From: Promethearchaeota archaeon
GTDB taxonomy: Archaea > Asgardarchaeota > Lokiarchaeia > Sigyniarchaeales > SOKP01
Assembly: GCA_048939995.1 (NCBI GenBank)
Contig: JBHLOY010000007.1
Span: forward strand, 114,566 to 178,565
Direction of reading: 5' to 3'
DNA: 64,000 nt
Shown here: positions 29,241-39,445 of the stretch, piece by piece
How positions within the stretch are numbered: position 1 is the first letter of the stretch
How the letters are laid out: each line of letters starts with the position of its first letter
The notes under the pieces: generated by a model
What the model was told of the DNA's origin: nothing
Seen by the model: the letters and a program-made list of their open reading frames with translations, nothing else
Database searches by the model: none
Program-made: the position numbers and the translations under genes

Positions 29241-29390
29241 AAAAATCAAGTTTGATGCTTAACTATATATCTAGACTCTCCCACCTTTATCTATTGCTAA
29301 ACATATAAATACCTTAAATATAATATATCAAATATACAAAAGCAGATTTGAAATTTTAAATTAGTCTATTTTTACATCCATACTTAAAAT

Positions 29391-29927
29391 GTGTTGAATA
29401 AAATGCAAAAAACTACGTATAAGTTTAAAATAACTCTTTTTGGGGCAGGTGGCGTGGGTAAAACCTCGCTTTTAATTAGGTATATAAAGGATTACTTTAA
29501 TCCAGATTTAAAGCAAACGATAGGTTCTAATTTTTTAATAAAAGATGTTGAAATTGGAGATACAAACATTAGATTACTTCTTTGGGATATAGGAGGTCAA
29601 GAACAATTCCAAAAACTCCGTAGCATTTATTTTAAAGGTAGTAACGGAGCATTTGGCGTTTTTGATGTTACAAGCCAACCTTCCTTATTGAAGCTACCAG
29701 GTTGGATAAGTAGCATTAAAAAATCAGTTAAAAAATCGATTCCTATGATAATTGTTGGCAATAAGACAGATTTAGAACGACAAGTAGAGAGAGAAGAAGC
29801 AGAAGACTTAGCACAAAGGCTTAATTGTTGTGATTATATTGAAACTTCTGCGAAAACTGGGGAAAATGTAGAGGAGGCATTTATAAAGCTAGCCCAAGCA
29901 TGCTTAAACAGCACATTAGAGGAATAA
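29391..29927 (+). CDS. Rab-like small GTPase
   Basis: GAGGVGKT, TIG, WDIGGQE, NKTD, ETSAK; no C-terminal prenylation motif. Confidence 0.93.
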   Translation: MLNKMQKTTYKFKITLFGAGGVGKTSLLIRYIKDYFNPDLKQTIGSNFLIKDVEIGDTNIRLLLWDIGGQEQFQKLRSIYFKGSNGAFGVFDVTSQPSLLKLPGWISSIKKSVKKSIPMIIVGNKTDLERQVEREEAEDLAQRLNCCDYIETSAKTGENVEEAFIKLAQACLNSTLEE

Positions 29928-29933
29928 CCATAA

Positions 29934-30557
29934 TTATTTGAATTTAATGTCATTAGCTAAAAAGTCTTCTTTAAGTTTCTCAATATCATTAAATTTGATG
30001 GCATTTATTTTAAGAGCTTTAGCTGCTTTTACGTTATTTAGGCCATCATCGATAAATAATATTTCCTCTGGTTTACATTTGGCTTTTTTGATAGCCAATT
30101 TAAAAATTGCTGGATCAGGTTTAGTTAAATGAATTTCATGAGATAAGATGAAATCATCAAATAAATTCCAAATATCCCAATTTTGCTTTTTTAAATATTT
30201 CCAATGGCTGACATTAATATTTGACAAGCACATCAATTTCACGTTATTGGATTCTTTAATGGATTTAATTAATTCTAATATCTCCAAATTAATATCTGCA
30301 ATTATACTATTAAATGCTTCATAGAAGGCTTTTTGGTTTAATGAACAAACTTGAAGTAATTCACAAGCAAGTTGATAAAATTCTTCTTTAGTAATTTTAC
30401 CTTGATGAAATGTATCAGATTGCCGAAAAAATTCCATCATAATAGGAGTATTGGGCTTATTTAACGGAGATGGTGTAATTACTTCATTAAAAAAACGACT
30501 AAAATCTAGCTCAACAATAACTCCTCCTAGATCAAAGATAATGCATTTAACAACCAT
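29934..30557 (-). CDS. HAD phosphatase (YihX-like)
   Basis: FDLGGV, LSN, KPD, FIDD. Confidence 0.9.
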   Translation of the reverse strand: MVVKCIIFDLGGVIVELDFSRFFNEVITPSPLNKPNTPIMMEFFRQSDTFHQGKITKEEFYQLACELLQVCSLNQKAFYEAFNSIIADINLEILELIKSIKESNNVKLMCLSNINVSHWKYLKKQNWDIWNLFDDFILSHEIHLTKPDPAIFKLAIKKAKCKPEEILFIDDGLNNVKAAKALKINAIKFNDIEKLKEDFLANDIKFK

Positions 30558-30585
30558 AAACGAAATTACTCCCGTTACCCAAACA

Positions 30586-32643
30586 TTACTTTCTAAAATA
30601 TATTCTTGTTGAAAACCTTCGATATGGTTTAGGAAGTTTATATTTCGGAAAACCTTTATTTTCCTCTTCTAGTATTTCAAGTAATTTACTTAATTTAATA
30701 TCATTAATTTGTTCTGAAGTAGCTTTCTTTTGGCCAAATGGTTTTCCAATTAACCTTTTTCTAATCGATATTGTTTGATTTTCTTGCTCCTTGCTTCCTA
30801 AAACAACTATATACGGAATCCACTCCATTTCCGCCTGTCGAATCTTTTTACCTACAGTTTCTTCGCGGTCATCAAAATCACAACGAAAACTTTCTTTATT
30901 TAATAGTTCCAAAACTTTTTCAGCATATTCATTTTGGTCATCGCTTACCGTGATTACCCGAACCTGAATTGGGGATAACCATGTTTTAAAACCGGGAACT
31001 TTTTTATCTTTATTTCTAATTGCTGCTTCAATTAAACCCCATAAAATTCTTTCTATGCCCCCTGTTGGAGAATTGTGTAAGATGATGGGATGTATAATAG
31101 TGCCATCAATATCCACAGAGATGCCATATTTCTGTCTTTGCTTTCCATCAGAATCAATCATATAGTCTAAAGAACTTTCAACATCTATCTGATTCGTAGC
31201 TAATGTGGCACTTTTGTTTTCAGCAGAGAGAACATTTCTTTCAAGCTTTAACACATAGTAATAATATCTCTCTTCCCATAATTCTAATAATATAGGTGAT
31301 TCTTCATTTTTTACCAATTCTATAATCCAATCCTTATTCTTTTTATAAAATTCTTTAGTTGCTCTGAAAATTACGTATGACTTAACTCCTAAGTCTTTTT
31401 CCAGATTTTTTATTAGAAAATATTGCTTCTTAAACTCCTCAATAGCAGAACTAAGATCTAGGCACATTGTATGTAAATCTGGCATTACAAAGGCACGCAA
31501 CCTTCTTAATCCTGTTAATTCTCCTTCTAATTCTCTTCTAAACGCATATTGCTCCCATTCATAAGCTCTTAATGGAAAATATTGTTTTTTTAAATTCATA
31601 GAAGAGAACAAGTCAAATAATAGAAAATCTGATGCGTATCGTAACAAATATCTATCACTTCCCGATTCAAGCCAATAGCTTCTTGCGGGGAATCTTGCAG
31701 TTTGAGCAGTCAGTTTTTTATTTTTAACTGTATACATGATTGGTGTATCAATAAGTATTGCGCCATAATCAATTAATCTATCCTCAACAAAATTTTTAAG
31801 AATGTTCTTCATTATAACTCCTTTCGTGTACCATCTCAAGTTTCCAGCGTCAGTATTTGGGTCAAAATCTACTAATTCAAACTCTTTCATTACTTTTATA
31901 TGAGCAGGTTCTATAGACTTATCTACTCGTCTTGATCCCAATTCTGAATTAAGAAAAATAATGAAGTCTTGATCTTTTACTTCTTTTAAAGGAATTACAT
32001 TTTTATTGAGGTCATACTTAATATCTAGTTCTTTTCCCGTGGTATTAATAACTTTGAACTCAGAATTTTTTACTTTTTCTTCTGGTTGTATAGCTAATTT
32101 TACATCTCTATACATCTCTGCTACTTCATGACCAATACAATTCACCGTAAATGATTTGTACCATCCAAAAGGAGAAGATTTTGCTTCAATACCTTTTTCT
32201 TCTAGAAATTTAACAATTTTAGGACAGACTTCCATTGCATTTTGTTCATGACTGAGAAATTTACTTAAGTGTGCCCATGGATAAACTAATACTTTATCTA
32301 CTTGATACAAATTTCTCTCTTTAACTAATTCAAGGAATTTTCTTAATTTTCCTTTAATTTCACCTTTCTCAATCTTTTTATTATATTCTCTGATTTCTTC
32401 GTTCTTTTCTCGAAATTTTTCTGGGAAGTTTGTTATTTGAAGTATAGCCTCTTCAATTACCTCAGCGCCTTGCTTAGCAATTAAGTCAGTGTCATAAGTA
32501 TCTTGATCCTCAACTGAAACATAAGCAACAAGAATTAAACCTTCCATTTTTATTTCTTCTTCTGGAAATTCCTGAGGCTCACTTGTAGCAGGCTTATTTT
32601 TAACAACTTCTACCCCATCAGAATGGATTAATAAAATTTTCAT
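30586..32643 (-). CDS. thrS: threonyl-tRNA synthetase, archaeal type
   Basis: MKILLIHSD/YPWAHLS/PFGWYK editing domain, FRRE..GE..GL.RLRAF.MPD.H, anticodon domain. Confidence 0.95.
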   Translation of the reverse strand: MKILLIHSDGVEVVKNKPATSEPQEFPEEEIKMEGLILVAYVSVEDQDTYDTDLIAKQGAEVIEEAILQITNFPEKFREKNEEIREYNKKIEKGEIKGKLRKFLELVKERNLYQVDKVLVYPWAHLSKFLSHEQNAMEVCPKIVKFLEEKGIEAKSSPFGWYKSFTVNCIGHEVAEMYRDVKLAIQPEEKVKNSEFKVINTTGKELDIKYDLNKNVIPLKEVKDQDFIIFLNSELGSRRVDKSIEPAHIKVMKEFELVDFDPNTDAGNLRWYTKGVIMKNILKNFVEDRLIDYGAILIDTPIMYTVKNKKLTAQTARFPARSYWLESGSDRYLLRYASDFLLFDLFSSMNLKKQYFPLRAYEWEQYAFRRELEGELTGLRRLRAFVMPDLHTMCLDLSSAIEEFKKQYFLIKNLEKDLGVKSYVIFRATKEFYKKNKDWIIELVKNEESPILLELWEERYYYYVLKLERNVLSAENKSATLATNQIDVESSLDYMIDSDGKQRQKYGISVDIDGTIIHPIILHNSPTGGIERILWGLIEAAIRNKDKKVPGFKTWLSPIQVRVITVSDDQNEYAEKVLELLNKESFRCDFDDREETVGKKIRQAEMEWIPYIVVLGSKEQENQTISIRKRLIGKPFGQKKATSEQINDIKLSKLLEILEEENKGFPKYKLPKPYRRFSTRIYFRK

Positions 32644-32769
32644 AGTAATATTGATTTTTTGTTCAGTTATGAATTATCTAATAACAAATTCTAAATATTT
32701 TTCTAGCTTTTGATAATTAACTATATTTAAAATTCAAATTAATTATTACTAAAATAATTACCTATAAGA

Positions 32770-33387
32770 ATGAATCTTAGAAATATTTTTTCAGAACTTA
32801 TAGAAGCATTAGATAATTTAGATCAAAATAGAGAAGAAATACTAAAATTATCTCGTATTCTTATCCGTGATTGTAGCATTGCAATTAAACATATTCACAG
32901 AAAAGAATATGAACAATATCATGAGAAATTAAATAGTGCTAAAAATGTTCATGAAAAGCTGATTTCACTTGTTAATAAAAGCCCTGGGTTTTTTTTTAAA
33001 TATTTGAGAACTCCTGAACAAGAATATACAGAAGCAGTTTGCTTTTATTCAATCATCTCAAATAAAGAAATGCCAAAACCAAGTGAGTTAAATGTTGATC
33101 CATTGAATTTTGCTTTTGGTTTAGCTGATGTCGTCGGAGAGTTAAGAAGATATGCTTTAGATAACATAAGAAATTCACAAGTCAAAGATTTAAATTACGT
33201 ATTAGAAAGCATGGATGACATTTATACACAATTATTCGCTGTAGATTATCCCTCTGGACTAACTCAAGATTTGAGGCAAAAAACTGATAGAGCAAGAAGT
33301 ATTATTGAAAAAACTAGAGGGGATATTTCAATCTCTCTGCAAATGAATGATTTAAAGACATGTATAGAAAAGAATGCTAAAAAGTAA
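32770..33387 (+). CDS. translin/Trax (C3PO-like) family protein
   Basis: REEILKLSR, QEY.EA, GLADVVGELRR, LRQKTD. Confidence 0.88.
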   Translation: MNLRNIFSELIEALDNLDQNREEILKLSRILIRDCSIAIKHIHRKEYEQYHEKLNSAKNVHEKLISLVNKSPGFFFKYLRTPEQEYTEAVCFYSIISNKEMPKPSELNVDPLNFAFGLADVVGELRRYALDNIRNSQVKDLNYVLESMDDIYTQLFAVDYPSGLTQDLRQKTDRARSIIEKTRGDISISLQMNDLKTCIEKNAKK

Positions 33388-34969
33388 AACATACGCAAAA
33401 AAGATCGAAATGCCATTTGATACTAAAAAAATAAAACAAGATAGTAAAATTGATTACGAGAAAGCATGGTTAGATACAAAAAGTCTCCTTCAGCTGACAG
33501 GGAACTATTTCAATTTAGAGAAAAAAGGAAAGAGCCACTTAATTTCAGACTTTATATTTGATGCTCGAGATAAGATGATCTCCTTAGGTTTTGAAGAATT
33601 GATATTACCTATGTTTGTTGATGAACATGAGGTATACAAACAATACGGTCCAGAAGCAGCATTGATACTTGACAGATTATTCTATTTAGCAGGATTACCT
33701 CGCCCAGATATTGGTATTTCAAAAGAAAAAATTAATCTGTTGAAAAAATTTATTCCGCATTTTCATAATATTGATGAATTAAAGAATATATTTAGAGAAT
33801 ATAAAAAAGGAGAAATAGAAGCAGACAATTTAATTGAAGCTTTCATAGAAAGATTAGAACTTAAAGAAACTGAAGCTACAACAATTATTGATAACGTTTT
33901 TCTTGAATTGAAGAATTTAAAGCCAATACCAACTAACACAACTCTTAAAAGCCATACAACGGCCTTATGGTTTATCGTATTGAAGGAACTTTATAAAAAA
34001 AAGAATCTACCACTTCAATATTTTTCAATTAGTCCTAAATTTCGACGTGAACAAAGAATAGATGCTACTCATCTTTATTGTTCAAATACTATATCTTTAG
34101 TTATCATGGCAGAAGAAATTTCTTTGGAAGACTGTCAAACTATTACATCTACTATATGCGAGAAAATTGGATTTAAAAGTAATAAATTAAAAATTAAGAA
34201 AGCAACGTCCAAATATTATGCTCCTCAAACAGAATTTGAAATCTTTATTAAGCATCCTAAAACTGAAGAATGGTTAGAAATTGGAGATGGAGGACTTTAT
34301 TCACCAGTAAGCTTAGCCCAATATAATTTAGAATATCCCGTATTTAATGTTGGTTTTGGAGTAGAGAGAATATGTATGATAAAGAGTGAAATTGACGATA
34401 TAAGAAAATTAGTATATCCTTATTTTTATGAAGACATAACATTTACAGACGAAGAAATTAGTGGAGGAATATCGTATAAATTCATTCCTGTTACTGAGGA
34501 GGGTATTGAAATTAAAAATGCGATTATTCAAAATGTACTGACAAATAAGGATGTAGAATCTCCAATTGAAATTAAAGTATGGGAAGGTATGATAAAAGGG
34601 AAAAAGTTAGAAGTAAAATTGTGGGAGAATGATCAGGGTGTTAAACTGGTTGGACCTGCAGCCTTAAATAAGGTGTGGGTTAAAGATGGAAATATTTTTG
34701 GGCTGGATTACACAAAGAAAATAGAAAATGGGATAGACAGTGGAAAAACTTATTTAGAAGGAATCGCTTCTCAAGTAGCTTACAATATTGAAACATTGTT
34801 GGATCAAAATCAAATTTCCTATGAATATAGACTTAAAATCTGTTATCGTGCTTCAGAGGTGAATTTGGTAATAAATGATAAAATATTAGAATATATTCAT
34901 TCTAAACAAAAGAAAATTGACATTAGGGGACCTGTGTTTATTGGTCTTTCTTTTAATGTAATTAATTAG
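33374..34969 (+). CDS. sepS: O-phosphoseryl-tRNA(Cys) synthetase
   Basis: VYKQYGPEA..ILDR.FYLAGLPRPDIG, FRREQ..DATHL, SKYY, GFGVER, D.RGPVF. Confidence 0.92.
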   Translation: MLKSKTYAKKIEMPFDTKKIKQDSKIDYEKAWLDTKSLLQLTGNYFNLEKKGKSHLISDFIFDARDKMISLGFEELILPMFVDEHEVYKQYGPEAALILDRLFYLAGLPRPDIGISKEKINLLKKFIPHFHNIDELKNIFREYKKGEIEADNLIEAFIERLELKETEATTIIDNVFLELKNLKPIPTNTTLKSHTTALWFIVLKELYKKKNLPLQYFSISPKFRREQRIDATHLYCSNTISLVIMAEEISLEDCQTITSTICEKIGFKSNKLKIKKATSKYYAPQTEFEIFIKHPKTEEWLEIGDGGLYSPVSLAQYNLEYPVFNVGFGVERICMIKSEIDDIRKLVYPYFYEDITFTDEEISGGISYKFIPVTEEGIEIKNAIIQNVLTNKDVESPIEIKVWEGMIKGKKLEVKLWENDQGVKLVGPAALNKVWVKDGNIFGLDYTKKIENGIDSGKTYLEGIASQVAYNIETLLDQNQISYEYRLKICYRASEVNLVINDKILEYIHSKQKKIDIRGPVFIGLSFNVIN

Positions 34970-34973
34970 AATT

Positions 34974-35435
34974 TTGAGGGATCTGGGTAAATTGAAAAAA
35001 AAAATATTAGTAGCTGGGACATTTGATATAGTTCATCCGGGACATATATTCTTAATTAATGAAGCTGCAAAGATGGGAGATGTATATGTAATTGTCGCCA
35101 CAGATAAAAACCGAAAATTATATTCTGGGGAAACTCCAATGATCCCTGAGCAACAGAGATTAGAAGTTGTAAAGAGTATAAAAAATGTAAAAGAAGCAAG
35201 ATTAGGGCGGCATGATAATGATACACTTAAAACGGTAGAAGAAATTAATCCTGATATCATATTACTCGGACCAGATCAAAAATATAACATTTCAATACTT
35301 AAAAGCGGTTTGAAAAAAAAAGGTTTAAATCATATACAAGTTCAAAGACTAGAGAAATATTATGATAAATATACATTACATTCTTCTAGATTAATAAAAA
35401 GAAAAATTTATGATTCTTTTAAAAGAGAGAGATAA
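34974..35435 (+). CDS. ribL: archaeal FAD synthetase
   Basis: GTFDIVHPGH, PDII.LG.DQ; adjacent to ribK. Confidence 0.85.
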   Translation: MRDLGKLKKKILVAGTFDIVHPGHIFLINEAAKMGDVYVIVATDKNRKLYSGETPMIPEQQRLEVVKSIKNVKEARLGRHDNDTLKTVEEINPDIILLGPDQKYNISILKSGLKKKGLNHIQVQRLEKYYDKYTLHSSRLIKRKIYDSFKRER

Positions 35436-35437
35436 TT

Positions 35438-36154
35438 GTGTTAATTATGGAAAACACTGAAGATATTAAACCTGAAAATTATGCAAATTGGTTCGCTCTG
35501 TTTAAACTGTGCCAAATTACAAGAAATAGAAATTCATTAAATTTAAGTAGTGTAGAATTTGGAGAAATATTAGGTTTGAGTCAACAAACTGGAAGCAGAA
35601 GAATTAAAGATTTAGAAGATTTAGGCTGGATTAAAAGAAGGATTGAAGGTAAAACACAAAAGATATCTATCACAAAAAAAGGAGCAAATGTAATGCTTAA
35701 TGTTTATAAAAATCTAAAAGAACTACTAGAATCTATATTAATTGTAGGTGAAGTAACTGAAGGAATGCATGAGGGGGGATATTATGTTTCAATTAAAGGT
35801 TATTTTGATCAATTTAAGAGTAAATTAGGATTTGAGCCTTATAAAGGAACTCTTAATCTAAAATTGAGCGATACAGATATATCAATTTTGAGAGAAAAGT
35901 TGAATAATATTAATCCAGTCATTATTGATGGATTTAAGGATCAGAATCGGGAATATGGATCAGTAAAATGCTACGATGTATATATTTATAGGTTCGATGA
36001 TAAAAATAATAGACGGAAAGCAGCTATATTGGATATAAAAAGAACCCATCATAAACAAAACATAATAGAAATTCTAGCTAGACCTTATTTAAGAGATTAT
36101 TTTAATCTAAAAGATGGGGATAAAATAATCATTGAAGTGACAAAGAATCATTGA
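35438..36154 (+). CDS. ribK: CTP-dependent riboflavin kinase with N-terminal wHTH
   Basis: SQQTGSRR..LE..G.I.R HTH; G..EG.YY, PY.GTLN, RTHH. Confidence 0.9.
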   Translation: MLIMENTEDIKPENYANWFALFKLCQITRNRNSLNLSSVEFGEILGLSQQTGSRRIKDLEDLGWIKRRIEGKTQKISITKKGANVMLNVYKNLKELLESILIVGEVTEGMHEGGYYVSIKGYFDQFKSKLGFEPYKGTLNLKLSDTDISILREKLNNINPVIIDGFKDQNREYGSVKCYDVYIYRFDDKNNRRKAAILDIKRTHHKQNIIEILARPYLRDYFNLKDGDKIIIEVTKNH

Positions 36155-36158
36155 TTGT

Positions 36159-36782
36159 CTATTCGGATAGGTCATGATTTTTAATCGCTTTATAAATTTT
36201 GAAAAATCTAAAAATAGCTGTCATTAAAACTAAGATCATGAAGATAAATAGGAATTCATTAAAAAATTGGATAAAAGATGCTAATAACATAGTTATAAAT
36301 AGATAGAATAATCTTTCTGATCTTGCCATTAACCCAAAGTCAAAATCTCCTTTTATAATTACTTCACCTCTCGCTCGTAAATAGCTTATCATGAGAGTTG
36401 CCATAAAAGAGATAATTAATATTATTTTAACATCAATAATATTCCATAGAGTATTCTCCCAAGAATAAAAGATAAGAGCAAGGAAAATAATAAATTCACT
36501 TATTCTATCCATAACTGAATCAAAAAACCCACCAAAAGTAGAACTTTTATTGATTAATCTAGCTATAGTTCCATCAATTCCATCAAATAACCCAGTTAAA
36601 AAAATAAAGATTGAAAATAACAATAAACTAGATAAAAGTACTAATAAGAAAAAACTCATTATTGAAAAAATCAGCATGATACAAGTAGCGAGATTAGGAC
36701 TAACTCCTATCCTAATTAAACCTTTTGCCATTAGTTTAATTAAAGGATGGAAAATTCTGCGTAGTCTAAATTTTGAGGACAT
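36159..36782 (-). CDS. CDP-alcohol phosphatidyltransferase (archaetidylinositol-phosphate synthase-like)
   Basis: DGIDG.IAR......FGGFFDSVMDR, SY.RAR.E, G...R.ER. Confidence 0.9.
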   Translation of the reverse strand: MSSKFRLRRIFHPLIKLMAKGLIRIGVSPNLATCIMLIFSIMSFFLLVLLSSLLLFSIFIFLTGLFDGIDGTIARLINKSSTFGGFFDSVMDRISEFIIFLALIFYSWENTLWNIIDVKIILIISFMATLMISYLRARGEVIIKGDFDFGLMARSERLFYLFITMLLASFIQFFNEFLFIFMILVLMTAIFRFFKIYKAIKNHDLSE

Positions 36783-36928
36783 AATTAATAAATTTAGGGT
36801 TTATACACTTAATCTTATAAAATTACCTATTTTTCGTTAAGTTCATTTTTATATTATATTTAATTATAACAATAATATATTTTTTTTAATTTTAAAATCA
36901 AATTAAATATGGGAAAGTGTGAAGTTAA

Positions 36929-37234
36929 TTGAAATTAAGATTGATCTTCAAATCACTAACGAAGAAAAACAAAGAAGTATCAATAAAGTTTAATATCGCT
37001 CCAAGTAAACATATAGGTTTTATTAATTTTATTAATTTGGCTTTAAATCAAGATTTACCCATCACTATCTCCTTTGAAAAAATAAGCAAAACAGGACAAA
37101 AAGAAGAGAGTAAGATTGCCGGGGTATTTAAATTTCAGGGTAAAGATACATTAACTTTACAGCAATTAAGTGAAGAAATCAGTGAAGAAGAGCGTAAACG
37201 TAAAAAACAACATCAAAAGCGAATACAGAAGTAA
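36929..37234 (+). CDS. hypothetical protein
   Basis: ORF with a basic C-terminal helix. Confidence 0.65.
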   Translation: MKLRLIFKSLTKKNKEVSIKFNIAPSKHIGFINFINLALNQDLPITISFEKISKTGQKEESKIAGVFKFQGKDTLTLQQLSEEISEEERKRKKQHQKRIQK

Positions 37235-37247
37235 GAGTCTAACTTTT

Positions 37248-38015
37248 TCATGATAAACTTATAAATCCTAACTTTATAAGGTTTTTACATATATTATAAA
37301 CTTGGTTGTGTTCTAAATTTAATCTTTTTGTAATTATTTGGATTGATTTTTTTCCATCTATTTCAGAATATACATTACATGCAGTAGCACCTGTTAAATA
37401 ATACTTAGGATTAACTTTGTTAGAGCTTGTAAATTTAGGAATCTTTTGGCAATATTCTGGTAAATCTTCAGTATGCTCAATTTCTGTCTGCATCGCTAGT
37501 AAGCGTGATTCTTCATTGATCTTTTCCTCGACAGTTTTGAAAAGTTCAGTGACTTTTTCTTTAAACTCTTGTTCTTTTTCTTCTTGTTCTTCAGTAATAT
37601 AGATATTTAATACATTCTCAAATGATTTAAAGCTATTAATCTTCCCATTCCAATTGAGAATTTGATTAATATTATACTTATTTAAAAATGAAGATGAAAT
37701 TTTTCTTAAAACTCTTTGAACGTTCACCGCTTTAGAATTTTCGTCATAGGTTGCGAGATATATTAAGTTTGGAATACTCGAATCCTTTAAAAAAGAAAGC
37801 TTAAGATCATTATTAGATAATTTTAATTCACTTATCGTACCAAGATCTTCAAATGAATCAGAAAATGAATTTAATGCCGTAAAAAATCCAGAAACCATGA
37901 TTAAGTTGTCAGTTTGAGAAAAAACATTTCTGGTTCTGGTAGGATTAGAAGAAATGGAATAACTCTTATTAAAGAGAGGTAAACCATCTTTTATAATTAT
38001 AACGTCTCTAATCAT
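37248..38015 (-). CDS. longin-like domain protein with C-terminal wHTH
   Basis: IIKDGLPLF...MVSGFFTALNSFS...F...Y at the N-terminus; IDGKKSI..I...L......YNI.K.L.KLGFI at the C-terminus. Confidence 0.7.
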   Translation of the reverse strand: MIRDVIIIKDGLPLFNKSYSISSNPTRTRNVFSQTDNLIMVSGFFTALNSFSDSFEDLGTISELKLSNNDLKLSFLKDSSIPNLIYLATYDENSKAVNVQRVLRKISSSFLNKYNINQILNWNGKINSFKSFENVLNIYITEEQEEKEQEFKEKVTELFKTVEEKINEESRLLAMQTEIEHTEDLPEYCQKIPKFTSSNKVNPKYYLTGATACNVYSEIDGKKSIQIITKRLNLEHNQVYNICKNLIKLGFISLS

Positions 38016-38167
38016 TTGGCAATCAATAAGTTATTTATTGGCGATTATAAAAACCTAATAGTGATCCTCAATATATATCTCAATAGAATCTAAGTACCCA
38101 AAAAGAAAAAAAAATGTAATATCTAAATAACATCTAAATAAAGTACAATTTAAGGATAAAATATTAC

Positions 38168-38923
38168 TTGAATAATCAAATGAAAGCCATAATATTATGT
38201 GCTGGCTATGGAAAAAGATTACAACCATTTACTTATACCTATCAAAAAACTATGCTCCCTTTACATGGGAAACCATTATTAGAATATATAATAGAAGGTC
38301 TTACTTACAGTGGTTTTAAAGATATAGTATTAGTTGTAGGCTTCAAGAAGGAGCAGATTATTGATTATTTCCAAAAAGGCAGAAAATGGGGTATTAATAT
38401 TGAGTATGTTATCCAAAATGACATAAATGGCACAGGAGGAGCTTTATTAATATGTGAAAGCGTGATTAAAAATCATCATTTTTTTATAACTTGGGGTGAT
38501 ATCTTAGTTCCTTATCGAATTTATAAAGAAGTATTAGAGATATTCAATAAGGAAAATCAAAATTTTATTCTTGTGGCAAATTATGCTAAAGATCCTTATA
38601 AAGGAGCTGCTATTTATTATAGAGAAGACTATTGTATGAAAATAGTTGAAAAACCACCCAAAGGGATATCAATATCTAATTATAATAACTGTGGAGTCTT
38701 TATTTTATCAACAGAAATATTTAAAATCTTAAGGATGCTAAAATATTCTAATAGAGGAGAAATAGAGCTTCCTCAAGCTATAAATAAAGGAATTCTTGAA
38801 AGGCAGTGGAAGGTCCGCTTATTAAAGATGAGTAAGAAGCAATTTAGAGGTGATTTTGGGGATAAAGAAGAATATGAAACCCTCAAAAAAGATTCAAATT
38901 GGCTTAAGTTACTTATAAGTTGA
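38168..38923 (+). CDS. sugar-phosphate nucleotidyltransferase
   Basis: AGYGKRLQP, GTGGA, GD, VEKP, RGEIEL. Confidence 0.9.
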   Translation: MNNQMKAIILCAGYGKRLQPFTYTYQKTMLPLHGKPLLEYIIEGLTYSGFKDIVLVVGFKKEQIIDYFQKGRKWGINIEYVIQNDINGTGGALLICESVIKNHHFFITWGDILVPYRIYKEVLEIFNKENQNFILVANYAKDPYKGAAIYYREDYCMKIVEKPPKGISISNYNNCGVFILSTEIFKILRMLKYSNRGEIELPQAINKGILERQWKVRLLKMSKKQFRGDFGDKEEYETLKKDSNWLKLLIS

Positions 38924-38954
38924 AATGGCCTTCATCAAGAAAGAAGAAGAATTT

Positions 38955-39398
38955 TTAAAATTCTGTATCAATAAACAAATCATCAAATTTGTATCCTAAG
39001 AATTCGGCTAAATTCTCTAAAAATGGTCTAGTAAAATTTACTGACAAAAAGTTTTCATCGATATCACCCATACGAAATAATGTGTCAAGACCTATATTAT
39101 GTTTATTAGCAAAATCCTCAATTTCTTGATAAGACCTTTTGATCTTAACTTTTTTTATCTCATCTTTCACTATGGGCTCTTGAAAAAATATTTCGGCAAT
39201 TGGTTTTTTCAACACCTCTGCAATCTTAAAAGAGATTGTGAGAGATGGGTTATATTTACCCTTCTCCAAAAAATAAATGGTTTGGCGAGAAACTCCAATT
39301 TTTGATGCCAACTCTTGCTGAGTTAGTTTGAGTTCTTCCCTAATTTCTTTTATTCTTGCCTTAATTTTAGTTTTATATCTCAGAGTGTTCTCACCAAT
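38955..39398 (-). CDS. XRE-family HTH regulator (extended upstream of the TTG at 39311; start CTG 39383 or ATT 39398)
   Basis: In-frame upstream KARIKEIREELKLTQQE completes the XRE domain LASKIGVSRQTIYFLEKGKYNPSL. Confidence 0.8.
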   Translation of the reverse strand: MGENTLRYKTKIKARIKEIREELKLTQQELASKIGVSRQTIYFLEKGKYNPSLTISFKIAEVLKKPIAEIFFQEPIVKDEIKKVKIKRSYQEIEDFANKHNIGLDTLFRMGDIDENFLSVNFTRPFLENLAEFLGYKFDDLFIDTEF

Positions 39399-39445
39399 TC
39401 AATTGAATTTAACTGATCCCTTGAAAGAACTATTATTGTTTAGTG

